Below are positions 8,914 through 19,067 of a DNA stretch of 64,000 bases, piece after piece. The stretch's first letter is position 1. Each line of letters starts with the position of its first letter. The stretch spans positions 2,768-66,767 of the IMG/VR virus record IMGVR_UViG_3300001598_000052; one strand, 5' to 3'. This DNA is from a virus. Lineage: Duplodnaviria; Caudoviricetes. Position numbers and translations under genes: made by a program. The notes beneath the pieces are model-generated. The model was not told the origin of the DNA and ran no database searches. It saw nothing but the letters and a program-made list of their open reading frames with translations.

Positions 8914-9274
8914 ATGGTGAACAAGACGAGATATAATAATTTTAATAAGGCGTTAGACCATATAGAAAAAGCTGTTAAAAATAAGAGTTGGATTACGTTG
9001 TCCCGAGCTAAATTTGGCAGTGTTTTAAGACTGCGGGACGCAAATGACTATGTTAAGCTTTTTATAGTTTATGATCCATGTTCTAATAAAATACATATGT
9101 CATTTGTGGCAAAACATATGTTAGACTGTTATGATGGAGTAATTAAGGATATAAAGGATGCCAGTACTTTAAAGGAATATATAAGTAAAATCATACAGTT
9201 TTCTGAAACTGGGGAAAGTAGTTACAATGATCCATAACATTAATATTGAGAAATCACTGGATGAACTGGGATGA
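8914..9274 (+). CDS. Hypothetical protein; frame 0 stops at 9237, +1 frame from the TTTT run at 9199-9202 continues to 9274
   Basis: +1 frame reads LKLGKVVTMIHNINIEKSLDELG*, matching the C-terminal motif of its neighbours. Confidence 0.6.
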
Positions 9275-9293
9275 ATTTATCGGGTAAATAGTT

Positions 9294-9602
9294 ATGAAGT
9301 ATGAAAAATTGCAAATAAGTCGAGAGATGATATTGGACTATGTTAAAAAATTAGGTTATGACATAACCAGTGACTTTATAAATTTGTATGAATTTATCAT
9401 AATATTCGGTAGTACAGGCTGGACGCTTTACCGGTCGGGCAATGTAAAACAAGGTGAATGGTCGTGGGTAGACATTTGTTCAGAATTTTATGACCAGATG
9501 ACGGACTACATGAAACTTGATGCGGCACTGAGTAATCCAGGTCAATTTGCTATTCAAGAGAATAATAAAATAATTAATGACATATTAGATAAGCTAGACT
9601 AG
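9294..9602 (+). CDS. Hypothetical protein with C-terminal motif (...NNKIINDILDKLD)
   Basis: ORF track. Confidence 0.75.
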   Translation: MKYEKLQISREMILDYVKKLGYDITSDFINLYEFIIIFGSTGWTLYRSGNVKQGEWSWVDICSEFYDQMTDYMKLDAALSNPGQFAIQENNKIINDILDKLD

Positions 9603-9608
9603 AAAGGG

Positions 9609-9637
9609 TTGACATAAGTCAGCCTTTTTATTATATT
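9609..9637 (+). promoter_or_regulatory. Early promoter TTGACA-N17-TATATT overlapping a terminator hairpin
   Basis: AAAGGGTTGAC-ATAA-GTCAGCCTTTTT then TATATT at 9632-9637. Confidence 0.75.
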
Positions 9638-9644
9638 GTATTAT

Positions 9645-10016
9645 ATGAAAGATGAGATTATTACAAAACAGTACATTGCCAGGCAGACTAATTTTCGTAA
9701 TTGTATCAGTAACTGGATTATAGACTCTTTTTATGGGAAAATAAAGGATAAAACTGGTTCAACCTATGATGTTAACCGGGGTCGTTATCATATTTTATTA
9801 AATAATACATCAAAGGGGTACTGGTTACGAGTTGAAACGGATAATTTAGTTATAAGTGTGGCTCGTGGTTGGGAAATTTTGGACAGTTTTAAGTTTTCAT
9901 CATTTGACCGGTTGACTGAAACAGTATATGAATTACTTAAATGTTCTGAATATAAAGACACAATTTTGGTGTTAAACAACAGTATTACATTGGATACATT
10001 GGACAAGTTAGACTAA
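9645..10016 (+). CDS. Hypothetical protein with C-terminal motif (...NNSITLDTLDKLD)
   Basis: Start moved to ATG 9645. Confidence 0.75.
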   Translation: MKDEIITKQYIARQTNFRNCISNWIIDSFYGKIKDKTGSTYDVNRGRYHILLNNTSKGYWLRVETDNLVISVARGWEILDSFKFSSFDRLTETVYELLKCSEYKDTILVLNNSITLDTLDKLD

Positions 10017-10053
10017 TGAACTTAGGGACGCTGTTGATAAACTTGGATAATAC

Positions 10054-10323
10054 ATGACTATTAAACTACGGATGGAAAATTTTTCAAGGGATAAGATATA
10101 TTACTCGTGTAGTGATATCGAATATCAATCATGCTCATATTGGGGTTTACCTGGATTTAGTTTTAACGGTATTTTTAAAGATACAAAAACTAAAACACAT
10201 GAATATGCAATTGTCGGGGATGAAATACAATATAATAATAAAAGATTTACCTTAACCTATGATAATTTGCTTTACCACATATACAATTTGCAAACTCTTG
10301 TAGCGTTGGAGAATATAAAATAA
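10054..10323 (+). CDS. Hypothetical protein with C-terminal motif (...YNLQTLVALENIK)
   Basis: ORF track. Confidence 0.75.
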   Translation: MTIKLRMENFSRDKIYYSCSDIEYQSCSYWGLPGFSFNGIFKDTKTKTHEYAIVGDEIQYNNKRFTLTYDNLLYHIYNLQTLVALENIK

Positions 10324-10563
10324 ATGGAAATTAAATATAGGATAGCCGACAGTGACGATATTGGAATGATCGATGTTTATGATGTCGGCATATGGCGTAG
10401 TAATATTTTTAGTTACATGATATTAAATACGGCTAAAGACTTGCGTATGTTTGTAAGTGATGAAGTAATTGATTACGGTTATGGTTGGAAACGACTAACG
10501 ACTGAAAACATAGAATATCATGTCAGACAAATTAGTAACCTTATCGCAATGGAAAAACTATGA
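10324..10563 (+). CDS. Hypothetical protein with C-terminal motif (...RQISNLIAMEKL)
   Basis: ORF track; abuts the previous stop. Confidence 0.75.
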   Translation: MEIKYRIADSDDIGMIDVYDVGIWRSNIFSYMILNTAKDLRMFVSDEVIDYGYGWKRLTTENIEYHVRQISNLIAMEKL

Positions 10564-10904
10564 TTAAGTTTGATATTGAACGACTTACACGCGGGCAAGA
10601 TATTGCAGCAAACATTAATAATTATGTTAATTGCCAACGAGATGATATATGGCAATATGTCGGTATATTCCATGGTAGGTATTGTTATCAAAGTAAAGCC
10701 GAAAAATTTGTAATTGAAGTATATGACGGTATAAATATATACCTAACTATGCCTGGACGATGTTATCCAGATTACGATGCTGCACTTGGTTCTGATATGT
10801 ATAAATTAGAAATTAAAGACATTCTTGAAACCGCCGGTTTAAAAAGCGTATGGGCAAAAGTTCATAATGATACCATTGGAAAAATACTTAAGGCTCTTGA
10901 TTAA
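10560..10904 (+). CDS. Hypothetical protein with C-terminal motif (...HNDTIGKILKALD)
   Basis: ORF track; ATGA overlap. Confidence 0.75.
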   Translation: MIKFDIERLTRGQDIAANINNYVNCQRDDIWQYVGIFHGRYCYQSKAEKFVIEVYDGINIYLTMPGRCYPDYDAALGSDMYKLEIKDILETAGLKSVWAKVHNDTIGKILKALD

Positions 10905-10916
10905 CGGAAATAATTA

Positions 10917-11066
10917 ATGATTGAAACGTTTTGCAGAATTATTGGAATTGGAATTGTAGCATTTTTTATTTTAGTTATAACATTCTGCTTGTTTGCCAAT
11001 TATTGGTGGTATGTTTACGATTATTTTAAATGGTATAGTTATGGAAAAGCATTTAAAAAAATGTAA
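10917..11066 (+). CDS. Small membrane protein (49 aa)
   Basis: Manually translated MIETFCRIIGIGIVAFFILVITFCLFANYWWY... Confidence 0.6.
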   Translation: MIETFCRIIGIGIVAFFILVITFCLFANYWWYVYDYFKWYSYGKAFKKM

Positions 11067-11454
11067 GCATATTTTTACAGATGAATTAGGATGGCGTCAT
11101 TCACCAAAGTTTTATTCATATCTACATACAAAAACCGGTTTAACTGTTGACATAACTCCTGTATTGTGGGATGATATGGGCTGGCGGGCAGAACGGATTA
11201 AATTTGGAGATACCCGTAGAACATGGGTTAGTACATGTGATATAAAAAATGAACATGACTATGGATTAGTATCATTTTGGAAAGAACATTCAATCAATAT
11301 TCATTATAGGCCCTGGCGACAAAAAGGTAGAGCTAAAGGTCAGTGGTTATGCTTAATGAATGATATTGCAAAGAAACCGGAAAAATATAAAAAGTTGGTT
11401 GAATTACATTGTTATAATGTTGACTTAAAAAATACATTAAATAAATTAGATTAA
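11041..11454 (+). CDS. Hypothetical protein with C-terminal motif (...YNVDLKNTLNKLD)
   Basis: Start moved to ATG 11041. Confidence 0.75.
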   Translation: MEKHLKKCKHIFTDELGWRHSPKFYSYLHTKTGLTVDITPVLWDDMGWRAERIKFGDTRRTWVSTCDIKNEHDYGLVSFWKEHSINIHYRPWRQKGRAKGQWLCLMNDIAKKPEKYKKLVELHCYNVDLKNTLNKLD

Positions 11455-11456
11455 TA

Positions 11457-11831
11457 ATGTTTGAAAAAATTAAATCATTTTATAAGCGTTGGATTAAGTA
11501 TCGCAGACGACCTAAATATACTGATATAGGGTTAGATTATGCATCAGCTACATTATACAAGGCAGGTTGGGAATTACGTGAATTATGGGCAATGTCATCA
11601 GTCTTACAGTTTCAGAAAGATCTAATTTATTTAGATGTTCATTGGTTAGGCGGGTATAATGTTTGCATATATGAAAATGGTGACCTAGGTAAACGAATTA
11701 ATGACCATAGTTTATCTGAAGACCAACTTAAAATCTATATAGACCTTGTTAAAAATTGTAGTAATTTAGAACAATGCATTATTGCCATACATAATTATAA
11801 GATGAATAACATTTTGAACAAGTTGGATTAG
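11457..11831 (+). CDS. Hypothetical protein with C-terminal motif (...HNYKMNNILNKLD)
   Basis: ORF track. Confidence 0.75.
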   Translation: MFEKIKSFYKRWIKYRRRPKYTDIGLDYASATLYKAGWELRELWAMSSVLQFQKDLIYLDVHWLGGYNVCIYENGDLGKRINDHSLSEDQLKIYIDLVKNCSNLEQCIIAIHNYKMNNILNKLD

Positions 11832-11832
11832 T

Positions 11833-12066
11833 ATGAAAGTAATTATTAATGGTAAAATGATGCCTGATGCTGAACGGGTATTTAAGGTTGGGCGTAATAT
11901 TTGTTTTTTCTATCATTCAGAATTAGGGACAATGGAAACTTATATATGTCCAATCGGTAGTCAGTTGACATGCGGAGATTTTCTTGATACTACAATTACA
12001 CCATATAATGCAGAGCCGATCATGGAACAAATAAATAATTACCTTGCAATTAATTCATTAGATTAA
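11833..12066 (+). CDS. Hypothetical protein with C-terminal motif (...EQINNYLAINSLD)
   Basis: ORF track. Confidence 0.75.
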   Translation: MKVIINGKMMPDAERVFKVGRNICFFYHSELGTMETYICPIGSQLTCGDFLDTTITPYNAEPIMEQINNYLAINSLD

Positions 12067-12070
12067 ATGG

Positions 12071-12078
12071 TATAAATA
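12071..12078 (+). promoter_or_regulatory. T4-type late promoter TATAAATA
   Basis: Exact T4 gp55 consensus upstream of 12099; the same motif precedes many late genes (15875, 27828, 28522, 29664, 32855, 38089, 59812). Confidence 0.75.
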
Positions 12079-12098
12079 GATTAATAGGAGAATTTATT

Positions 12099-12836
12099 AT
12101 GACAAATCAAATGGATGAAGCTCGTAAGGTTTTGTTAAAAAACGGTTACGGTATAATTAAAGAAGGATATGAAGACGCAACTGCTACTCAGATGGCTGGT
12201 ATGAAGGAACGTCTTCAGAATTATATTGACACTGGGTCCGAATTTAAAATTAAGTCTAAGTCAAATAAACTTGGATTGGTTGTTAATATCATTAAGGATG
12301 AAAATGACGGCTGGTTAATTTTGTATAACTCAAATACTAGTCGTATTATCGCACAGGCTGACAATATTGATTCAATGATTAAACAAATTTATGATATTCA
12401 GGCGCATCTTGAACAGTATCAGAAAGAAGAAAGTTTCTTACTTGATATGAAAGGTATGGTCGCACAGGCATTGAAAGAATATCCGTATGTAATTATCCCG
12501 AATACTGACCCGTTTACTGATTATTTTGAAGGTAATCCTGATATTCCGCGAGTAAAAAAGGCAACAGTATATCTACATGGTCAAGCTGAAAGTGATGCTG
12601 GATTTGATATATCTGTAATTCTACCTGGTACTGTTAAAGAAACTTCTCTGCCAGATGATAAAACAAAGGTTGGTGTTGGTATTGTAACATTTGATGGTGT
12701 TAAGCAAGGTACAATGATGACTTGGCCATTGGGTGAACTACCTGAACGTAAGACTGGATTGATTGTTTACAATAGCGATAAAACAGCAATACAATATGCA
12801 GATAAGTTATTCATGAATCCACCGCGTGTATTTTAA
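12099..12836 (+). CDS. Late protein with N-terminal DEARKVLLKNGY motif; putative internal virion protein
   Basis: Late promoter, RBS AGGAG, shared N-terminal motif. Confidence 0.7.
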   Translation: MTNQMDEARKVLLKNGYGIIKEGYEDATATQMAGMKERLQNYIDTGSEFKIKSKSNKLGLVVNIIKDENDGWLILYNSNTSRIIAQADNIDSMIKQIYDIQAHLEQYQKEESFLLDMKGMVAQALKEYPYVIIPNTDPFTDYFEGNPDIPRVKKATVYLHGQAESDAGFDISVILPGTVKETSLPDDKTKVGVGIVTFDGVKQGTMMTWPLGELPERKTGLIVYNSDKTAIQYADKLFMNPPRVF

Positions 12837-12915
12837 TTCATAATAAAAATTAAATAAAAACCAGCAATTAATTTTGCTGGTTTATTTTTATATAAAAATT
12901 GCTATATTATTAATT

Positions 12916-13350
12916 ATGGAAAACGTATTTTGTAGTTTATTTAATTGTGAAAGTTTAGAAATGATTGCAGATTGGGTAGCTAAACATCCTCATTGTACAA
13001 AAATAAATACTTACAGTTTTGATTTTTGGGTTAACAAGCCAGATAATCATTATGGAAGAAAACCGCCATTATCAGTTAGGTTATCAAACACATATGCATT
13101 AGCCGATAGTACTCCTGTTTATCAAGCTGATATTTTGATATCATATATTCCATATGGTTTAGACCAACAAGATTGCTGGAATACTGTATTATATAGAAGT
13201 ACGATCATTGATGATAGGTTTAGTTTTAGTGAAAAGTTTAAAAGATCATTTGAAATGTTATATAAACCCATCGCTGATGGTAAACCAGAAAAATATGAAG
13301 CATTAGTAGAAAATCTACGAAATTTAGCAGCGCTAAATAATCTTGATTAA
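12916..13350 (+). CDS. Hypothetical protein with C-terminal motif (...ENLRNLAALNNLD)
   Basis: Start moved to ATG 12916; TATATT upstream. Confidence 0.75.
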   Translation: MENVFCSLFNCESLEMIADWVAKHPHCTKINTYSFDFWVNKPDNHYGRKPPLSVRLSNTYALADSTPVYQADILISYIPYGLDQQDCWNTVLYRSTIIDDRFSFSEKFKRSFEMLYKPIADGKPEKYEALVENLRNLAALNNLD

Positions 13351-13703
13351 TATTTCGGAGTAAACTTATAATCTAATTCTTTTGGCTCGCGGTAATCGCC
13401 TTCAAAGCATTCAAAGAAGGTATCTCCGCGGGCATTTTTATATTCTACTGCATAACCATGTATATCAGAAGTCGGATATATATGGATTATCTGAAGCTTA
13501 TTGTCACCTGCTATGCTATGATGCCCATATTTGCATTCTGGATGATATATAAGGCGATGATGAGTTGGACAAAAAGAAAGTACCACCTGAGAATTTAAAC
13601 GCGGCCAGAGCTCGCGTGGGACTATATGATGGTACTCAATCTCATTCCGATTTTCTGTGCAATAATCACAATTTGGCCAATGGCACTTATAAACAATTTG
13701 CAT
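13347..13703 (-). CDS. HNH endonuclease
   Basis: CHWPNC...EYHHIVP...N...LSFCPTHH zinc/HNH pattern. Confidence 0.8.
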   Translation of the reverse strand: MQIVYKCHWPNCDYCTENRNEIEYHHIVPRELWPRLNSQVVLSFCPTHHRLIYHPECKYGHHSIAGDNKLQIIHIYPTSDIHGYAVEYKNARGDTFFECFEGDYREPKELDYKFTPKY

Positions 13704-13762
13704 ATTCTATATATGAAAAATGACTGGAAAATCCAGTCATTTTTAGTTAATATAATTCTAAA

Positions 13763-14635
13763 CTATCCGTCAATTTCAACGTCTGCGAAATAACCTGCAG
13801 TCTTAAATACATTTGTTGATTCATTAATTTTAACTTCACAACCGACGTTTTTAAGTTCTTTAATTGCATGTTCAATATTCTTTACTGTGCCAGTTAAACA
13901 GATACCGCCTTCATTGTCTATTGAATACTTTACGGATTCGCCGTCAAGACCAATTTCGGCAACTTCAACATCATCAACCCAAATATTTTTTTCACTAATT
14001 GGTTCATTAGACGCAGCAGGAGCAGATGTGCCAGTTGCTACCGGGCCGTTCGATTGAACTTCCATGCCATATCTACGTGCCAAGTTTGCTTTTGCTTTTT
14101 CTGCTTGTTCAGGTGTAGCATTGAATGTCATAGACATTGCTTCTTCGTCAAATACCGGTTTATCAGTAATACCGCTCATAATTAATAGCGCCTTCAAAAC
14201 GCCGGGCTTAATGCCTTCATCATAATATGTAGTATAAGAACTAACCTTTGCAGATGCACGTGGAGCGCGAGGTTCAGATGATGTAGTGTGAGTTCCGTTA
14301 CCCTTACTGACAAGAGTAGCATCATCGTTTTCACATGCTTCAAGATATCCAGCATCAATGAAGATACGCAAAGTTTCATTATCATAATCGGATAGTTTGC
14401 CCGCGTCACCTAAGCGCTTTAATGCTTTATAATTAGCAATATAACTGGAACGGTTTATCATTTCGGGAGACTGTGCTTTACCACGTTCATAATTTGAACG
14501 TCTAGAGTCGATGCTTGCCATATCACGTTCTAGTCGTGCAGCTTCTTCACAATCAGACTTTGCTGCACGAGCAGCTGACATTTCAGTAATATAACCAGCA
14601 TGGTTTAAAATTTTTTGTGCTTCATTAATATTCAT
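13763..14635 (-). CDS. Late protein, paralog of 14714-15790; putative internal head protein
   Basis: Shared blocks DMASIDS..SN.E.GKA, GYL.ACE.DATLV and VDDVE.AE.GL; N-terminal EAQKILNHAGY motif. Confidence 0.75.
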   Translation of the reverse strand: MNINEAQKILNHAGYITEMSAARAAKSDCEEAARLERDMASIDSRRSNYERGKAQSPEMINRSSYIANYKALKRLGDAGKLSDYDNETLRIFIDAGYLEACENDDATLVSKGNGTHTTSSEPRAPRASAKVSSYTTYYDEGIKPGVLKALLIMSGITDKPVFDEEAMSMTFNATPEQAEKAKANLARRYGMEVQSNGPVATGTSAPAASNEPISEKNIWVDDVEVAEIGLDGESVKYSIDNEGGICLTGTVKNIEHAIKELKNVGCEVKINESTNVFKTAGYFADVEIDG

Positions 14636-14713
14636 ATATACCTCTTAATCTATTTATAAAATAAAACCGATTGGCAAATACCAACCGGTTTTAAAATGTT
14701 ATTTAAGCTAGAA

Positions 14714-15790
14714 TTAGCCGATGATTTCAGCACCAACAGCTTCGATTTCAGCGATAGCCTTAGCAATCTGCTTAGCTGTACCAGTCAAGGTAATTTCACC
14801 GTCTTCACCGATAGTGTAATTAATCTTAACATCTTCGAGACCGACTTCAGCAATTTCGACATCATCAACGATAATAGTCTGAGTTTCCTGTGCGCCAGCA
14901 CCACCAGCAGCAGCAACACGTTCGTTCTTAACAACTTCAATGCCACGAGCAGCAAGTAGTTCAGTTGCCTTAGCAGCCTTACCAGCAGGAGCAGCGAATG
15001 TTACGGAGTCTTCACCCATAGTGATAGCTTCGTCACCGATACCAGCTTTCTTAATCACTGCAACTACGAGCTTGGGATTAATACCGTCAACGAGGGTTGC
15101 AGTATAAGTGTCAGCTGCACTACGTGCGCGAGCGCCAAGTTCTAGTGCGCCAAGCTTTTCACGAGCAGAGTCAATACGAGCGATAACGGATTCTGCACCC
15201 TCCATTGCTGCAATTTCATCAAGAGCGGCAAGTGCACGCTGCTTAGCTTCTTCGGATGCGAAACCAGAACGGATACGGTTAAGGATAACAGTAAGTGCAC
15301 GCTTTACGTCACCATTTGCAATAGCTGTAGCATAGTTACCACCGTCACCAGCGCCATTACCCTTGTCAGCTTTCTTAACGAGTGTTGCATCATTTTCTTC
15401 ACATGCAGCAAGATAACCATCATTCTTGAAGTTATTAAGAGTTTCAAGACCGAAAGCATCCAATTCATCTGCTACATCATTCAATAGCTCAAAGTTTGAC
15501 AAATATTCACCAGCATTTGCCATCTGGGAAGTCTTTGCCTTACCAGTTTCAAAATTGGACTTCTTAGAGTCGATAGATGCCATGTCCTGCTCAACACGTG
15601 CAACGAGGTCAGCATGAGCAACCTTCATACTCTTTGCCTTATCAGCACGAGCCTTAGACATTTCGGAAATCATCTTACCCGGAAGACGACGGATTGCGGA
15701 TTCCAAGAGAGCACATGCTTCACCAACATAGTCCTTGTTAACAGAGTATCCTACAGACTGTAGAATATGTTTTGCTTCAAATAGATTCAT
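14714..15790 (-). CDS. Ala-rich late protein, paralog of 13763-14635; putative internal head protein
   Basis: As above; N-terminal EAKHILQSVGY motif. Confidence 0.75.
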   Translation of the reverse strand: MNLFEAKHILQSVGYSVNKDYVGEACALLESAIRRLPGKMISEMSKARADKAKSMKVAHADLVARVEQDMASIDSKKSNFETGKAKTSQMANAGEYLSNFELLNDVADELDAFGLETLNNFKNDGYLAACEENDATLVKKADKGNGAGDGGNYATAIANGDVKRALTVILNRIRSGFASEEAKQRALAALDEIAAMEGAESVIARIDSAREKLGALELGARARSAADTYTATLVDGINPKLVVAVIKKAGIGDEAITMGEDSVTFAAPAGKAAKATELLAARGIEVVKNERVAAAGGAGAQETQTIIVDDVEIAEVGLEDVKINYTIGEDGEITLTGTAKQIAKAIAEIEAVGAEIIG

Positions 15791-15870
15791 TTTAGTTTTC
15801 TCCTATAATAATTATTATATAAATGGTTCTATATTTTTATTTATAAAAATATTTTTAAAATATTCTGTAA

Positions 15871-15882
15871 TATTTATAAATA
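15871..15882. promoter_or_regulatory. Palindromic bidirectional late promoter TATTTATAAATA
   Basis: Lies between divergent genes 15790(-) and 15906(+). Confidence 0.65.
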
Positions 15883-15905
15883 ACATAAAGCCTAGGAGAT
15901 TTACT

Positions 15906-16865
15906 ATGATTTTATTTGAAAAAACAATTGCAAAGTCTCAGCTAGACGATATTGCCGTCGACTATGAAATGTTAGAAATGGAAGGTTTACCAGTAGAAAA
16001 ACCAGAAGTTGTGCTTTATTTTAATAGCGATAGAGTATTGGATAGTGTTGATGACGTCATTATGCCTATCCAATTTAAGCTTGAAGGTCTTGAAAAGAAG
16101 GCATGCATTACTATTGCATATACCTGTGATTCATTTGATGATACTTTTGATATTAGTAAATTAGATGATGATGCATATGGAGTTGAAGAACTTCCGGATG
16201 GTTATATGGTTACTGTTGATGACCCAGATAAGCTTTCTAAGGTATTGAATGCTACATTTACTCAGAGTGTTGTCTATCCTTTTGATAATACTTCTAAGAA
16301 TGATGCTGTTAATAAGTATCTTGAAAAGGACAATATTGACCTTTCTACTAAGATTGCAAAGTATATTACTGACTTAGTTTATAAAGTTGACGAATATAAG
16401 TCTATCCACAATAGTTGGTCTAACCAACAGACCCGTGCTACAAAGAAGGCTGTTGCAGCTAATGCCATCCGCGCAGGTCGTACAGATTTACAGATGTTGC
16501 TTGACACCCTCAAAACTCTTAAGGGTGTTAAGAGAATCCAGGAAGGTACACTAGCAACTGGTTCAAGATTCAAGCATCGTTACCGTGTATTTGCGACAGT
16601 TACAAAGATGGTCAAGTATAAGCCAGTACAGAGTGATGAAGTATTTGAAGTTCTTAGCGACAATTCTGGTAAGCATTTCGTATGTAAGCTTTTGAATGAT
16701 GCATTCAATGGTGCTGAACTTTACAGTCCAGAAAGTGTAATTCGTTGGTTTAAGAATCGTCTCGGTATTAAGCAAGCTGATATTAAGTCTGGCGCAGTAT
16801 CTGATGACGATACAGGTTGGGGAGCAATTAGAAACACTGCTGATTCATTTACTCGCCAAAACTAG
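15906..16865 (+). CDS. Hypothetical late protein
   Basis: Start moved to ATG 15906 (MILFEK...), RBS AGGAG. Confidence 0.75.
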   Translation: MILFEKTIAKSQLDDIAVDYEMLEMEGLPVEKPEVVLYFNSDRVLDSVDDVIMPIQFKLEGLEKKACITIAYTCDSFDDTFDISKLDDDAYGVEELPDGYMVTVDDPDKLSKVLNATFTQSVVYPFDNTSKNDAVNKYLEKDNIDLSTKIAKYITDLVYKVDEYKSIHNSWSNQQTRATKKAVAANAIRAGRTDLQMLLDTLKTLKGVKRIQEGTLATGSRFKHRYRVFATVTKMVKYKPVQSDEVFEVLSDNSGKHFVCKLLNDAFNGAELYSPESVIRWFKNRLGIKQADIKSGAVSDDDTGWGAIRNTADSFTRQN

Positions 16866-16885
16866 TAATTAAATTAATTAATAAC

Positions 16886-16918
16886 AAAAAGACTCAGATA
16901 TTTCTATCTGAGTCTTTT
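16886..16918. terminator. Bidirectional terminator
   Basis: AAAAAGACTCAGAT-ATTTCT-ATCTGAGTCTTTT between convergent genes. Confidence 0.8.
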
Positions 16919-16942
16919 AATTTAATGGGAGTAAATGATAAA

Positions 16943-18574
<1,632 letters not shown>

Positions 18575-18585
18575 TTACTCCTAAA

Positions 18586-19047
18586 TTAAACTTCTTCCTC
18601 GAGAGTAGTATCGAAGAGAACGAGCTGCTTCTTACCAGATTCGGGGTCGACTGCCTTGTACTTGAGCATTGAACTCAGGTTAGTATCAAGGTCATTTTCA
18701 AGTTCCTTAACAAATGTTAAAGTATATTCAGTCTTCCAAGTACCGTCGGAATTTTCCTTACGAACAGCATCAATCTGTTCAAGCTTACCCTTGAAAGTCT
18801 TATCACCAAAAGTAATATTGTAATTCATACGGTAGTCACTTACAGGAATATTCATCTTTGACCAAACATCCTGTGTTGCATTTGTACTAAAAACGGACAT
18901 CAAGTCAATTTGACCACGGAATTGCTGTGGAAATGTACGAATAGAAGTTTCTTCTACTACCTTAAATTGAAAACAGACAATTACATTTTCTTTCTTAATA
19001 ATTGGCTGAAACTTTGTCATAGTTGAACTAAATTTTACAGTTGTCAT
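18586..19047 (-). CDS. Hypothetical protein upstream of groEL (not GroES-like)
   Basis: ORF track; 153 aa; no GroES mobile-loop motif seen. Confidence 0.7.
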   Translation of the reverse strand: MTTVKFSSTMTKFQPIIKKENVIVCFQFKVVEETSIRTFPQQFRGQIDLMSVFSTNATQDVWSKMNIPVSDYRMNYNITFGDKTFKGKLEQIDAVRKENSDGTWKTEYTLTFVKELENDLDTNLSSMLKYKAVDPESGKKQLVLFDTTLEEEV

Positions 19048-19067
19048 TTTCTTTAACTCCTTATTTA

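Noticed and set aside
9585-13350. C-terminal motif explained as an attC-like or other DNA repeat
   Set aside because: The DNA differs at synonymous positions and shows no inverted-repeat structure; conservation is at the amino-acid level
18586-19047. GroES or gp31 co-chaperonin upstream of groEL
   Set aside because: 153 aa with no PL.DRV or mobile-loop GGI motif
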